Shown in pieces: positions 30,587-53,139 of a stretch of DNA of 64,000 bases. This DNA comes from Macrostomum lignano (Eukaryota): the NCBI GenBank assembly GCA_002269645.1, contig NIVC01002449.1, positions 62,001 through 126,000 on the forward strand, given 5' to 3'. The translations under genes and the position numbers were made by a program. Below the pieces are notes generated by a model that saw only the letters and a list, made by a program, of their open reading frames with translations, had not been told where the DNA came from and ran no database searches. Each line of letters begins with the position of its first letter. Position 1 is the first letter of the stretch.

Positions 30587-30816
30587 TAAGACCACACACA
30601 CCACAAACCAAGACCACCACAGCTATTACTGGCTACTGGTATTGAGGGGGAGCTAACCATCTTCTAGCATTGCTATTCCTCTCATAGGTTCTTTTCTCGC
30701 TGCTGGCTCTCCTACCCACTCATCTCCTCTCTAGCACCATCTAATAACACATAAATTCAAATTTCTCCCTTAGCTCCCCAAGTGTGGCGGTCTTGGTGTG
30801 TGGCGGTCTTGGTCCT
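30587..30816. mobile_element. Possible small MITE with reiterated subterminal motif
   Basis: ccaagaccaccaca on the left vs tgtggcggtcttgg (x2) on the right; no TSD identified. Confidence 0.35.
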
Positions 30817-33800
30817 ACACCTCGTAGAGTTATGGTTTTTTGTTTTTTTCCTAATTAACAATCATTATCTGCTTATCAATCAATTGATAAATAAAAAATT
30901 GTCGAGTATACCCAGATCTACTAGAATAGGCCTAATTTAATAACAAATTTAATAAAAGCGTAACACAATACTGAGCATAATCGTTTTTCCAACTGAACGT
31001 AGCAATGTATGAGTGACTCATGGCCGTGACTAGGGTTTTTGAGAGGGCGGAGGAAGAAAATGGTTTGAAAATTGGGCGGTTTTGAAGCTGGGTCTTCTTA
31101 GAAACCGAACGGCGTTGAGTTCGCACGAATAAAGCCGGAAATCGCGCAGACGAATCACAACGAATTATTTCCTCCTGTTTTACTCCGACAGCCGGGTTCT
31201 CAAGTCCGGGGGGAGGGTAGTCGTAATCGTAGTCGAGCGGTCTTACGCAGGCACGGTCGTTCAGACTTCTAAGACTCAATGGTCTAGACACCGTAAATCT
31301 GTTTTATGAGTTGCTGAACTGAATACTTTCAGTAGAGTAGCGCTGCCACCACCGTAATTTCGTATTACGGAACGTTGAGATCTCAGAGCTCGTTCGGAGT
31401 TGAGATTAATTCGGTTGTTTAATGCCCCGAGGGCAAATGACTCAAGATAAACTGTTATGGGCTTCGATAAATAAACGACCTATTAATTATTATTTTATTA
31501 GGCAGGCGATATTAAATGAATATTTTATTATTGTTTACGAAAATGATCGCGGCCGGTGCCGGGTGCCAAACGATTAGCTAAAAGGCAAAACACTAAACTA
31601 ATTTAACGAAAAGGCGAACGATTAAGATGATAAACAAACAGGACGAACAAACAAACAAACAACCAAACAAACTAAAGCCGGAAGGAAGGCAGAAAACGCA
31701 GTGAGCGAAGGAGGGGGTTACAATTTGCGGCCCGAATTGGCCTTAAATAGTGGAACTTGCCGTCCGGCAAGAGATGGGGCAGCAGATGGGGCAGAAAGGC
31801 AAGGGATGGGGCAAAGGATGGGGCAAAGCTGGATGGGGCAAAGGATGGGGCAAAGCTGGATGGGGCAACGGATGACGCTAACAACGCAAACGGGAAAATT
31901 AACAGAATTGAACTACGGCAAACGATGGGGCAAGGGATGGGGCAAAGGGTGGCGCACTGGGTGACGCAACAGAGTCATGGTCAGCGTTGCACAACGGGTC
32001 GCAATTTTCACCAAATACCAGGCCGCCCTACCACAGTTTACATGCTTGTGGTAGGCGCGGCCTCCCACTGCTCCCACCGAACGAAACTTTGTTTCCGCCG
32101 AGTGGAATTGCTCACCCAGTGAATCGCGCATTTTTTGACGTCATTCCCTGTGAGGAATCCGCTTTTCGCCTAATGTAATTTTCCCTTCCCACCTCCCGTA
32201 ATGTTTTGTTTTACCGTGTTTTCCCTAGGGTCCACCCAGTGTTTAGTCGTCACCACCCGGTGTACCCTCCTCTCTCTCTCCTGTCTCTCCTGTGTCTCTC
32301 CTGTCCCACCCGGGGTAACCCCCTTTTCCTCCCGGTGGCTCATGAGAGCACATTTAAGAGTCTGCGCCCCTCCTTTCCAGCCAGACTCTCGACTGGAACC
32401 CCCTTCTCATTTGAATTCACCCGTCCCGAACTCCGAGCTCCAGATATTCGAGGGGACCCTACCTGTAAGCCCAGCATCCCGACCCGACCAGCTCCTCGCC
32501 TCGCCCATCAGTTTAACGATTAAGATTTAAGTTTAGTCAATTGCTACTGTGCGTGAAACTAATTGCTTTAATAACCGTCAATAATAAAATCCAGCTCAAC
32601 CGGCCACTTAGTTACTCCGGCCAAGTTAATATTTGTGTGTGAAAACGGTGTCTTTTAGCCTTCGTGACCTCGGAAGCATTTATTTGACCCTTAGAGGTCT
32701 ACTGAGAAGCGCTAGAGCGAACTCAAGCTAGTTTCAAGCTTTAGAGCTTTTCCCGCGCACAATCGCGGTGGTGGCAGCGACCTACTACTATTAGTAAGAC
32801 TCTCGACAAATCTATACTAGCTTATTTTGAAGTTCCCTTATCGGCTACAAATCTCTGCATTCGGCCTTCTGAACGTCGGAAAAACTAGACCGCTCAGCCG
32901 CGACCACAGCTACCCTCCCGCTGAGCCTGAGGAACTCAGCAACGGAGCTCCCCGTCATCTGCAAGCCGAGGTTTTCGTTTAAGTTTGTTTGAAACGCCGA
33001 AGCGCACCGATTCGAACGGCTGGAACGAACGAATTAAGACCCCACGGCCCCAGAAGTTTCTTTCAAACCCCCCCCCGACCTCAGTCTTCTTATTTTTGGT
33101 TTGGAATTGAGCATCTTTGATGGAATGTCAATTTTTCCTGGTTTAATTTGTCATTATTATGAAGGCAGCGTTGAAGCTCTTATTTTTTCGATTTTTGTGC
33201 TAAGTAGTTAAGTTTCCTTTCTGATTGGTAATTGTGTTATAATTCATACGTTATTTCGTTTCTCTATTTCTAAGAAAATACTGACTTAAAATTGAGTATT
33301 TTAGTAGGTTCCTAGTCATTTCGTCATCTGCCATTTCGTCATCTGCCATTTCGTCATCTGGGGTGTCTGGGCTGCTCACCTCGACTAGGGTCACTTCGTC
33401 ATCTTAATTAGCATGTATTACCTGTAAGAGTCATTTCTCGTCATCCACACCAATCTCCAATCATATTAGTTCCAACTTCCAAGTGAATTAATGTGCCAAT
33501 CAAACATATTTACTTGAAACCTAATGATCCCAGTCATTTTGTCATCTCGATTGATAAAACCTGTCGATTGATCGGTTCTGCTTGCCGCAGCTTAATAGTT
33601 AATAAAAACAAAAAAATGGTTTACACTAACTCGAATCTTGTACACAGATTGATTATTGATTGATGAAGGAAGTACATGTATCCAGCATAACTATAAATAT
33701 TTGGTCACTTTGTCATTTTATTTTTCAAGCTACTTTGCTTCTGGTCACTTCGTACGTCATCCGATATGACGATCTGACCATGCAGTGACCTTTTAGTAGG

Positions 33801-34621
33801 GCGCCAGCCTTGTTTAATAAGACTTCTCTTAGCATTATAATTAATTAGCAACAATGAGCATAATTGATTACTGATTCGGTTTCTGCGAATTTAAAACGAA
33901 TTTAAATTGTATCGAACCAAAGCGGCATCCATGTACACGTACTGAATCGAGTTGAATCGAGTTCACTCGCTCGGTGATGCCTGCTGCACCTCTAGGAAGG
34001 TCCAGCACCACACCGAGCTGTTGTTTCTTTGCCAGGACCGGGCCAGCCGGCAACGCTGGTGCTGTACTGGTCCGTGTGTCGTGCAGCTGGATTTACCGCT
34101 CCCTTGCACAGCCCGATCAGAGCCGATAATTAAAAACCGCGCTGAGAATTCCTTTTCGAATTCGACACTGCATGGCGATGCTGATGACTTCGATACCTGC
34201 TGGCTGCACCTGGAAGCCCAGCTTCTAATTAATTCATCAGGTTGGGGCCAATGATGTTCTCGCCCAATCCCGTTTGCTCGATGTGGCTCGTGACTTACAT
34301 GTAAGTCGTGCTATAGCTTCCGACTCTAGCTGGTACTGGATTCCGACAATTGCATGTCCAGCCCTGCAGCGATCCGCTGCCCTCTCGAAGCCGAGCAGGT
34401 GCAGCAGCAGGTTTGTGGTGCACTTTTGCCGGTGGCGTAGCCTTCCGGAATTGGAGCTTCATATTTCCCTTCGCCCGGGGTGTGCAGACTTGCGCCGCTT
34501 GACAATAGATGTCGAAAGGGTCGGCCGGTCCATCGATTCCACTGGACTGCCGCAGGAGTCCGCTTGCTGTTAGGAACGGTGCCCGGTGGACTCACTTAGA
34601 GCCATTCTCGTCGCCTGCAGT

Positions 34622-34924
34622 CAGGCGCGTCGCCACCGACCGGGGGGACAGGGGGACATGTCCCCCAGCAGTAAAAGCTCTGGAAGGGGGACATGCAAAT
34701 GCTTTGTCCCCCCACCCCACCTTGTGAGTCGTTGTGGTAATCAATAATTTTTCTTCAGGGCGCTAAAATGAGTGCCTGCGGCGCTAAAATGAGTGCCTGC
34801 GGCGCCAAAAGGAGTGCCTGCGGCGCCAAAATGAGTGCCAAAATTTTGTCATGTAAAAATTTACATGTTGAAATCTTGGCTTTATCCCCCCCCACCATAA
34901 AATCCATGGCGACGCACGCCCTTG
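34622..34924. mobile_element. hAT-type MITE
   Basis: Termini are CAGGCGCGTCGCCA ... TGGCGACGCACGCCCTTG, with an 8-bp TSD cctgcagt (34614-34621, 34925-34932) and internal 23-bp repeats. Confidence 0.85.
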
Positions 34925-35074
34925 CCTGCAGTTGTCGAGTATTTTTTGCAGTTGTAATTTCAGTAAAAATGAATACGTTATTGATCGCTCCAGTATATTT
35001 ATACGAGTATTTACGAGCTGATAGCGTTTATAAAATAAAAACTGACAAAACGATAAATTAAAATAGACATGTAC

Positions 35075-35792
35075 GAATACCAGAATTTCTTCAGTGTCTA
35101 CTGCACTGCACTTCGTAGCCGGTGAAATTGAAATCGGGAAAGAACGGATCAGTAGACAAAATGAGGTCCAAGGAGCTGCTCCGGTGTGCCAGATCTCCCT
35201 TCTCTCACTGTCCGACATGACTACCTTGAAGCAGATAAGGCTTTCTGGGTGAATAAATATTTCCATTTTTAAGCTATTATCAAAGGTTTTAGTCAAGTTG
35301 CTTGTTTTGATTTCAGCCCACAGGACAGACTGAACTGGTCTCTGTGTCAGGTATTCAGCAATAAGTTGTACTGGTAAGCTGCTTTGTATTATAAAAGCTG
35401 TCCAAGCACTACTCAGCCTCATCAGAAAATTACAAAAAACAAGTTCACTGCAGCGATGAACAATGCGATCAATCTCGGAATCGATCAAACTAGCGTCGTC
35501 CCTGTTAAGTACCTACGGATAGCTTCCCGAGTAGGGGTCCGTCGGACACAACGTCTGGGAATATGAATCTGACCTCGTCAATTTCGTACAACTTGTCCAG
35601 GCTTTGATTTCTTAGCTTTGAGATCAGGAATGAAGCGTTATACACAAATATGCCAACGCAGAGGACAAACAGAACCAACCAGATCACTTTGAGTTGCTTT
35701 CTTGGCGTGCTGGCTGCATGGCTGATTCCGTGAACACTGCTCGAAGCAAGCGTTCTCAGCACCTCTTTTGACAGTTTCGTGGATTTGCTCAT
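35075..35792 (-). pseudogene. DEG/ENaC (ASIC-like) channel fragment, apparently disrupted
   Basis: SSSVHGISH (HG motif), TM1 KVIWLVLFVLCVGIFVYNASFLI and FPDV are present. A CPTDPYS motif (CNxNPY-like) follows in a shifted frame, then TAG. Later EIFIHPE..ISISPATK resembles the extracellular beta strands. Confidence 0.65.
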
Positions 35793-36759
35793 CTGGAAAT
35801 TAATTTTTTGTAAACTGAAACTTGGTGCAGTACCGCAAGCTAGCTCTTCGGACGAATAGATACTCAGTGGTTCACCCTCACTCTTATTGGCTTTTTGAGA
35901 ATTTTGGGAATTTTCACATTTGCGTATCGAATTGGGAAGCAGTTGTCCTTGAACATAAGTCCTTGAACTTTTGAATCTTTTTTTAGTCCTTTGTGAGATC
36001 AAACAAGGGAACTTAAATGTTAATCAAATTTTTTCAGAGGTACATTTCCCTACCATCGTAGAGGTTTGTACTTTCTGCGACTTTTCTACAACTACAAAAA
36101 CGTTTTCTTTGAGGTCAAAATTCAGTTATACACAAAAAACTTTACCAATTTACCAAGCAAGTCAATGGAGCCGGGGTTTAGCCCATAGACTATGACAACG
36201 AAAGCCCGCCACGAAGGTCCAAACTCCCGACAATTCATTGTGTCATGCTGTACGCTCATTATTCCACGCTTAGGATTCATTATTTTAGGCTTCTAAAAAT
36301 ACATTCATGAGACAATGTGTTTGTGTATATGGTTTTGTCATAGACAATGATAAATTTTAGTCCCTCGTGAAAATTTTATAATTGTCTACCTCCGAAACCA
36401 TATACACAATCTATCATTAGCCATTCATACCAGACCAAAGATAATTGTGTCTAGTTTCGTTTGGGCCACAAACGATTGCGTCGACGGAAATTGTGAACTA
36501 AGTAATTTTTTTCGCGCCTTTTAGGCATCGAAACAGGAATACAACAGATGCTTATCTGCGAATAGTTTATGGTCAAGCCGCCCCCATCTTTGGATATTCC
36601 CAACTGGTTATATTTGCATATACCCATTGCAGATGAGCAATCTGTATATTCCTGTATCAATGCGTTTGCAAGGATATTTTTTATTCAATACAACAAAGCT
36701 GAATAAACAAATTGTATACATATACGAAAACTGTTACACCCACATCGGCCGATTTGCAT

Positions 36760-36930
36760 GGTTTGTTCCGCATGGGATCCTCGGGGCAAGCCTCTTCTTC
36801 GCTTGGCAGTGGTGGCAGAGCATCATCGTTACCGCATTATTTAATTTTTTAAAACCGCAACGAACTTCAAACCGAAATAAACAGTCTGTTTTTCAATTGT
36901 TTGAAGAGTTTTTCTCTTGCCAATTTTTAA
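36760..36930 (-). mobile_element. Possible decayed integrase zinc-binding fragment
   Basis: IGKRKTLQTIEKQTVYFGL..., then in another frame MLCHHCQAKK, resembles the H2C2 integrase pattern (G..KT...YW....C..CQ..K). Stops and frameshifts are present and no DDE core is seen. Confidence 0.25.
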
Positions 36931-37467
36931 TTGCTCAACAACAGCTGCTTTTTGGCTCCATATAAACTTAACCACAGTCTTTCGACTTATAAAAGAGTCA
37001 AAACTTAAGATTTATATGCGCTGTAATTTTTTACAGCGATTTAAAAACCAGCTGTAATAACGCAAATCTGTTTTATTGTCTTTCGCGACTATCGGAAGTG
37101 GACCATCTGCGACAATCAGAATTGGCTAGTGGGCTGAAACTGAGTAAAAACTATATGCTCTCTTTTTCAGTTTTGCGAATTCATGGAATTGTCACGGAAT
37201 TTCTAACTGAAAATGAGAGTCATGTCGGCCGCGCTTGTTAAAATAGACCAACAAATGACTTGCATGAGTAAGTTAGTCTGCTGTGAGATGCTACAAGTCT
37301 TCATAACTTTTAATGGCGGAGTTCTTTACTGAAAATAGGTATAAAAATTACTTAAACACGTCAAATAGTCAATTATAACCTAATTATTCAACTGCAATTT
37401 CATGTCTGTCATAAGCATCTCTCATTATTTATGCCGATATTAATTTTGTAAAGTTATAAACACCAAA

Positions 37468-37660
37468 GGGTTGTATATCCTAGTGGTTGGAGCATCGGAC
37501 TCTCGACTTGAAGGTCGGGGGTTCTAACAATTTGTGCCCTTGAGCAAGACACCTAACTCTGCATTGCTTCAGTTTACCCAGCTGTAAAATGGGTGTCTGC
37601 ATAAGCTGCAGGGTAATTGAGGATTTGTGTGGCGACCCCCCTCCAGTCCTTGGACTGAAC
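37468..37660 (+). mobile_element. tRNA-derived SINE with CORE-like central domain
   Basis: A-box-like cctagtggttggagcatcgg and a degenerate B box (gggttcta) are followed by tgtgcccttgagcaagacacctaactctgcattgcttcagtttacccagctgtaaaatggg. This resembles the MIR CORE (TGTGACCTTGGGCAAGTCACTTAAC...CTCAGTTTCCTCATCTGTAAAATGGG). Confidence 0.75.
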
Positions 37661-38102
37661 AGCCGTACGCAGCCTTCAGATGCGCCGCGCAATAGCTGCG
37701 GCTGAGCTGTCGGTTGCACATCTGCCCTTTTAACGCAGGTGTAATCAAATATTATTGGTATTATTATTTATAAAGAATTCAGTACCAAATATTCTTAATC
37801 GGTCGCATGCATGTGATGTTCTTGGGAAGGGCAATAAAGTACCTAATTGCCTTCCGTCACGATCTAGATGTGCTTCAAGTGAATAGCAGCATATTAACTG
37901 CATGTCTATGGCTTAAACGTACATAATGTATTGCAGAAAAATACTTAACGCTAACTTTTGCATTGTACATTTTGTGCACGTACATCCGAATTAGAACGAG
38001 TTAAAAAGCAGTCTCAGCTTGAGAAAATTAACTCAACTCATAACCCACGGCGTATAATTTTTTTTTACAAAAAGAGTAGTCTAAAACGATTGAACTAAAA
38101 AA

Positions 38103-38381
38103 ATGAGTCAGGACAGCATCAGCGACTGCACTACGGAGACAATAATGCTCATGGTAGCCATCCTACTACCAGTCGCATTAACTCTATTCTACTTATGGCT
38201 GTGCGTCTGGTTCTGGTACAACTGCACTATTGCTAAATTTGCATTCGGCTGGTCGCAATTGCCAGATACTTGGCGTTGGCGAGCAAGCAAGCATCGACGG
38301 CTTTCAATTGCTGACTCGTATACATGTAATAAGATATGCCCGACGACGCCAGCGGCGAATGCGAATGCGATTATTCAGTGA
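38103..38381 (+). CDS. Putative small single-pass membrane protein (92 aa), unknown family
   Basis: Non-repetitive ORF in AT-rich surroundings with an AAAATG start context. It has a hydrophobic stretch IMLMVAILLPVALTLFYLWLCVWFW, and AATAAA at 38386-38391 just after the stop. Confidence 0.35.
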   Translation: MSQDSISDCTTETIMLMVAILLPVALTLFYLWLCVWFWYNCTIAKFAFGWSQLPDTWRWRASKHRRLSIADSYTCNKICPTTPAANANAIIQ

Positions 38382-38699
38382 AACAAATAAATTGTTCCAT
38401 AATTCCAACAGTTTAAAGCGATTATAGGCTATTCTGCTGTGAACATAATTTATGTGACTTGTACCTTGTCTTACACGCTTACAGTATGGTAAAACATGTC
38501 AGAGTGAAGTTTAGATAACTTGCGAACAAAATGAAGCTAAAATATATAACGCGAGAATTTGCAGAAACAGCCGCAAAGTACATGTAGCTCGTAGAATTAG
38601 AATACTTTTTTCATTTCTCGTTACGAGTATGATGAACTTTTGTTGATGAGTTCCCTAATGATCATGGTCGCTTTTTATCATGTAGTTTTGGGTTAGGAG

Positions 38700-40290
38700 C
38701 CTCTGCCAGAAGCGATGCCATTTCCGCTCGAGACGGTGCTGCCGTCGCAGGAAGATTTCAGCACTCAGCCAGTAACCAGCAACGATGTACTGCAGTTCGC
38801 TCGCCAGGCGCCGGGAGGTCGCGCCCCCGGACCTGACGGGGTGCCTATAGAGGCGCTGCAAGTCACAAGGGTCGCCACTGAGGTGGCCCACGTGATGAAA
38901 GACGTCCTCGCTGGATGTGCCGCCCTCCGCGAGTGGACAACCGCGCACATCATCACGATCCCAAAGAATCCAGGCACGACACGGAAGGAGGAGCACAGGC
39001 TGGGGATCTCGCTCATGTCTTGCACAGCGAAGCTGTTCATCCGCGTGCTGCTAGCTCGGTACAGCCTGTGCTGGACCAGTTTCTGCGCCCTGAGCAGAAC
39101 GGGTTCCGCCCACATCGCGGTACAGTGACGCAGATCCTAGCCCTCCGCCGCATCATCGAGGAGGCGCGCATCCATCAGTCAAGTCTCGTGGTGATCTTCA
39201 TTGATTTCCTCAAGGCTTTCGACTCGTTGGTTCGCGGCGCGCTGCCTCTCGTGCTTCGCGCATACAATGTACCGGAGCACTGATTTCCGCCATCATGGCG
39301 ATGTACCAGGATACGATTGCTTCAGTGATGACGCCAGATGGACTGTCGGACCAATTCAGCACGTCGTCAGACACTCTGGCGCCTTTCCTGTTTGTGCTGA
39401 GGACCGGCCTACCCAACACGGATGAAGGCTTCCTGCTGAGAAGACGCACGAGTCGGCGGCACCCGGAGAAGCGGCTCTCCGTTCTCAGCTACGCGGACGA
39501 CCTCGCACTGCTGTCATCGTCGGCTGAAGGCGCTCAGCGGCTGCTGGATGGCCTGACGGCAGCAGCATCACGAGTCGGCCTCATGCTGAACGCGCTAAAG
39601 ATGTTAGTCTTCACGGTGGCCCTCGGACCCGCCTGCCGAGATCAACTACCGAGACGCTGCCGGGAGGCAATCATGCTTACCCGTTGCCAGCGGTTCTTGT
39701 ACCTCGGTGGCCTCGTGCCGGACGTTGCCGACGACCTGGTGAGACGACGAGGACTGGCCTGGTCCGCGTTTTGTACTGTGCGCTCCGTGCTCCATTCTGA
39801 GGCCCTGGGCTCCAAAGCGGGCTCAAGGTTCGGCTATTTCAGGCAGTTGTTGAGACTAACTTGTTGTACAACGACGAGACCTGGACCCTGACGGACGCTT
39901 TGGAGAGGCAGCTGGACGCTGGGTATGCAGCCATGCTGCGTGCGGCGTTCGGAGTGGGCAGCGGTCCAGGCAGCGAGACCAACGCCACGCTCTACTCGAG
40001 GGCACGCCTGATGCGGCCTTCGGACCTGCTGCGCGGGCGGCGTCGGAGGCTCGCTGCCCTGAGCCGCTGCACGAGGTGCTGCTGCTCAAGCTGCAGGGAC
40101 CGCGCAGCCGAGGCCAAGGGCGAACGGCGAGATATTCTGACAGGCTTTTGACCAATGCTGGCGCGAGTTTCTTTCTCTCTGCTGTGACTTTCTGAGGGCT
40201 ATGGCCCAGAGACGCGCTCTCTGACTTCTCCCCTCTTTCTGGCCATTGCGTGGCTGGCGAGTGAGGTGCAGGGACAACTGAAGTTACGTT
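38700..40290 (+). mobile_element. 5'-truncated, frameshifted RTE-clade non-LTR retrotransposon (RT region)
   Basis: RT motifs RAPGPDG, IITIPK, ISLMSCTAKLF, QNGFRPHRGT, FIDFLKAFDS, DTLAPFLFVL, YADDLALL, GLMLNALK and FLYLG are spread over several frames. The QG of QGD is deleted. A (TTG)n tract lies at 40329-40351. Confidence 0.88.
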
Positions 40291-40745
40291 ATATATAGGA
40301 CTACTTCAGTTGTCCTTGGTGTAGTATTTTGTTGTTGTTGTTGTTGTTGTTTGGGTTAGGCGACAATAGCTCGGACAGTATTTTACTGTGCATATACATG
40401 CCATGAGTCCACTCTTGATTAATATACGCAGTCTGAAACTTACATGCATTTGATTTTTTAGAACTTTGACGGTGTCAAATGCTCAAATAACAGCCAGCAG
40501 CCCTAATTTCAACTGTACATAAAAAATCATAAAAGAAATCTTTCTTTCAAGTTTTTCGTTTTCTAAAAAGTAGCTAGCAAAAGAAAATAAGAAAAGGAAG
40601 TTTTGTTATACTTGTTATTGTTATGAACTTTTAATGTTGCTGTTTTTCGTTGCTGGCAAAAGTAAATTCAACTTTCGGATATTTATTAATTTTTATTTGT
40701 CACGCTTTACACGAGTGAATATCGTTTCTATACATACAACTCAAG

Positions 40746-50415
<9,670 letters not shown>

Positions 50416-51163
50416 TCCCAAACAACAAGCGGATAGAGAGAGAGAAAGCTGAAGCTAACAAAGATAATTTCTGAGCAGCTGAATGGCTTGACCAGGGCAT
50501 GCTGGCATTGGCGTGCACAAGAGAATACTTAAAACTCATTGATTTTGTTAAAACTGCTTCCTTTATTAACGGTGTTATTTCGAAACTTAAAAAAAGTTTG
50601 TTTAATTTTTTTTATCTTTTTCAGCAATTATAAATTGTTTTTAATGCTATTGTCAGTCTCTTAAAAGAGTTTTTGTAGTTTTTTGTAGTTTTTTTTCAAA
50701 CTATTTTAATGACAGCTATGGGTCATTGACAATAAACAGGATTATAACTATGGCTATGACCATTTAATGACTTTTTTGTTCATAGTGCTGACAGCTGTTT
50801 TGTGTATTTCAATGTATTCATTGTGCGTGTCCTGTCTGGTTCTTTTTGGCATGAAAAATTATAATGCACTGTTTCTAAACAGCATTATTTATATGATTTG
50901 TTGGCTTCTTGAAAACTCCAATATACAGGTAGCTCGTAGATATGTTCGAAGCATGACGTATTTTCAACTTTTTTTCCGAAACCTGTGTTTCTGAAACTAT
51001 GAATTATGTTGATAAGAGCGAATTTTGAGTTAGTTACTCATTTTTTTTAAATACCAAAGACTCGAAGAGATTGAGATTTAGCAGTGGGTAGCAATCAATC
51101 ACTGAAATCACAATTTAAACACACAAAACTGCAATCGCTCAGCCAAATCACAATTTAGAAACC

Positions 51164-51398
<235 letters not shown>

Positions 51399-53139
51399 TC
51401 TACTGTCTGTGTGTTTACGTGGACTTTTTGGAAGTTCAGTAGCCTCGTTAGCTGGACCACCCGGTGTAGGTAGACCACTTAGGTGGACCACCAAATAATT
51501 TTGTCTCTGGTGGGGTTAAGACGTTGATGAGGATCTCACATTAATGTCAGGCGGGTCAAGAAAGGCTTAAGCAATTTTGGGATGTCTAGCATGGTTTTTT
51601 CCAAAGTTATTTGCATTTCAGTTTAGCTGGACCTCCAGCCTGGTCTACCTAAACCGAGCGAGTCTGGTCCACGTAAACCGAAAAATTTTAGAAAATTTTT
51701 CGAAAATCGTCTGTTTGTGTCTGTTTGTGTCTGTTTGTGTCTGTTTGTGTATAGCAGTTATTAAGCATAGATTCAATGCAAAACTGAATTTTTTACAGAT
51801 CATTACCTTACGAACAAAGGGCTATGTTGGCATCATATTATGACCGCTACTGGCTTTAAAACAATATGCGTTCAGTTCTTTGACATTCAAGTAGGTACGC
51901 AGGTTAATTAAAAATTCTGAAATCTCGTATGCGAAATGAATTTGATACAGTAAACTTTAAACTCCATTTAATTAGCTCAGTTCCAGCAATTCCGGTATCG
52001 TACTCTGAGCACAGACTCACAGAGTAAGACACCAACGTAAAGAAATCCAATTCGCTAACCAGATCAAACGATAAAGACTCCGAGACAAGAAAGATATTTA
52101 AGTGAAGCCTAAACAGTATTCTTCAATGACTTCTCAAGAACTCCCAGTGGTCCTTGATAGCCACACTGTGTAAATGCGAATTTCTGAGGCTCTACCATTA
52201 CACAAGAAGAAAATAGCAACTTCATGAATTAAGTGCTTGCCAATTCTATCCTAAACACTATGGGATATCCTGTTCTATCCTCCTCCAATGTTGGAAGAAG
52301 AAGATCCTAAGCTGCAGCCTTTCAAGTGCAAAGTTGAAGATGCAATTTACCTAATTGAAAAGGACAATTCATACATGTACATGCAAAAGATTTGATCAAG
52401 AGGACGCAATTAAGAAGGGCCTTTTAGCTAGCGATCGGGTCTCTGACTCTCTAGCAAAAGGTCGACTTGATTGCGGTCCCAGTAAAACTAAGAACGCATT
52501 AACAGTCAGCCTAACACTCACTGTCTGTTTGGTCCACGTAAACACATGTGCAGGAGTATAGGGTTGGAACAGACAGACAGACAGACCTCCCTATCTATAA
52601 TTGGCTGGTTAACACTTAGGAGGATAGATCCACCCCAACAATGGGACCGACCGCAGCCAATAGGAAACCCGCAAGCGTTCTGAAGGTAAGACAGTGGAGA
52701 GAGGGATATATAATGTCTAAGCGGGTGGTCCACGTAAACCATGGCGTAGTGAGACCAGACACAGACAGTTTAAAAGAAAGTACTTATAATCCATACTATA
52801 CAACTCTAAAGGACTGCAATTGTATAGATTAGAACGTTTTTTTATACTTAATAGGTCTAATGTTAATCCTTACTCCAAGTTTCATCCATATATAAATTTA
52901 TTGTGCCAAAAACTGTAATCTACAACCAAGATATGATGACCCGCAAAAAAGGACGCCAGGCCTAAAATAAAAACTAAAAAAACACCGTCGCAAAAAGCCA
53001 CTGCGAAATCGAAGAAGCCGCATCGCCTGGTGAAAATCGCAAATCGCTCGCAAATCCGTCGACACCGAGTCCAGAAAAGTGAGTTTCGTTTGATGATCTC
53101 AAAGTAGCTAGCTGCAAGGCCTGCAACTCAATTGCTGTA

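Noticed and set aside
33310-33770. Reiterated gtcatttcgtcatc motifs suggesting transposon subterminal repeats
   Set aside because: No clear TIR pair or TSD could be delimited.
33870-34600. GC-richer block with several 60-100-aa ORFs
   Set aside because: No recognisable domain in any frame I translated, and no consistent splice chain.
52080-52420. Coding-like stretch (PPMLEEEDPKLQPFKCKVEDAIYLIEK)
   Set aside because: Multiple stops and no identifiable family; at most a decayed remnant.
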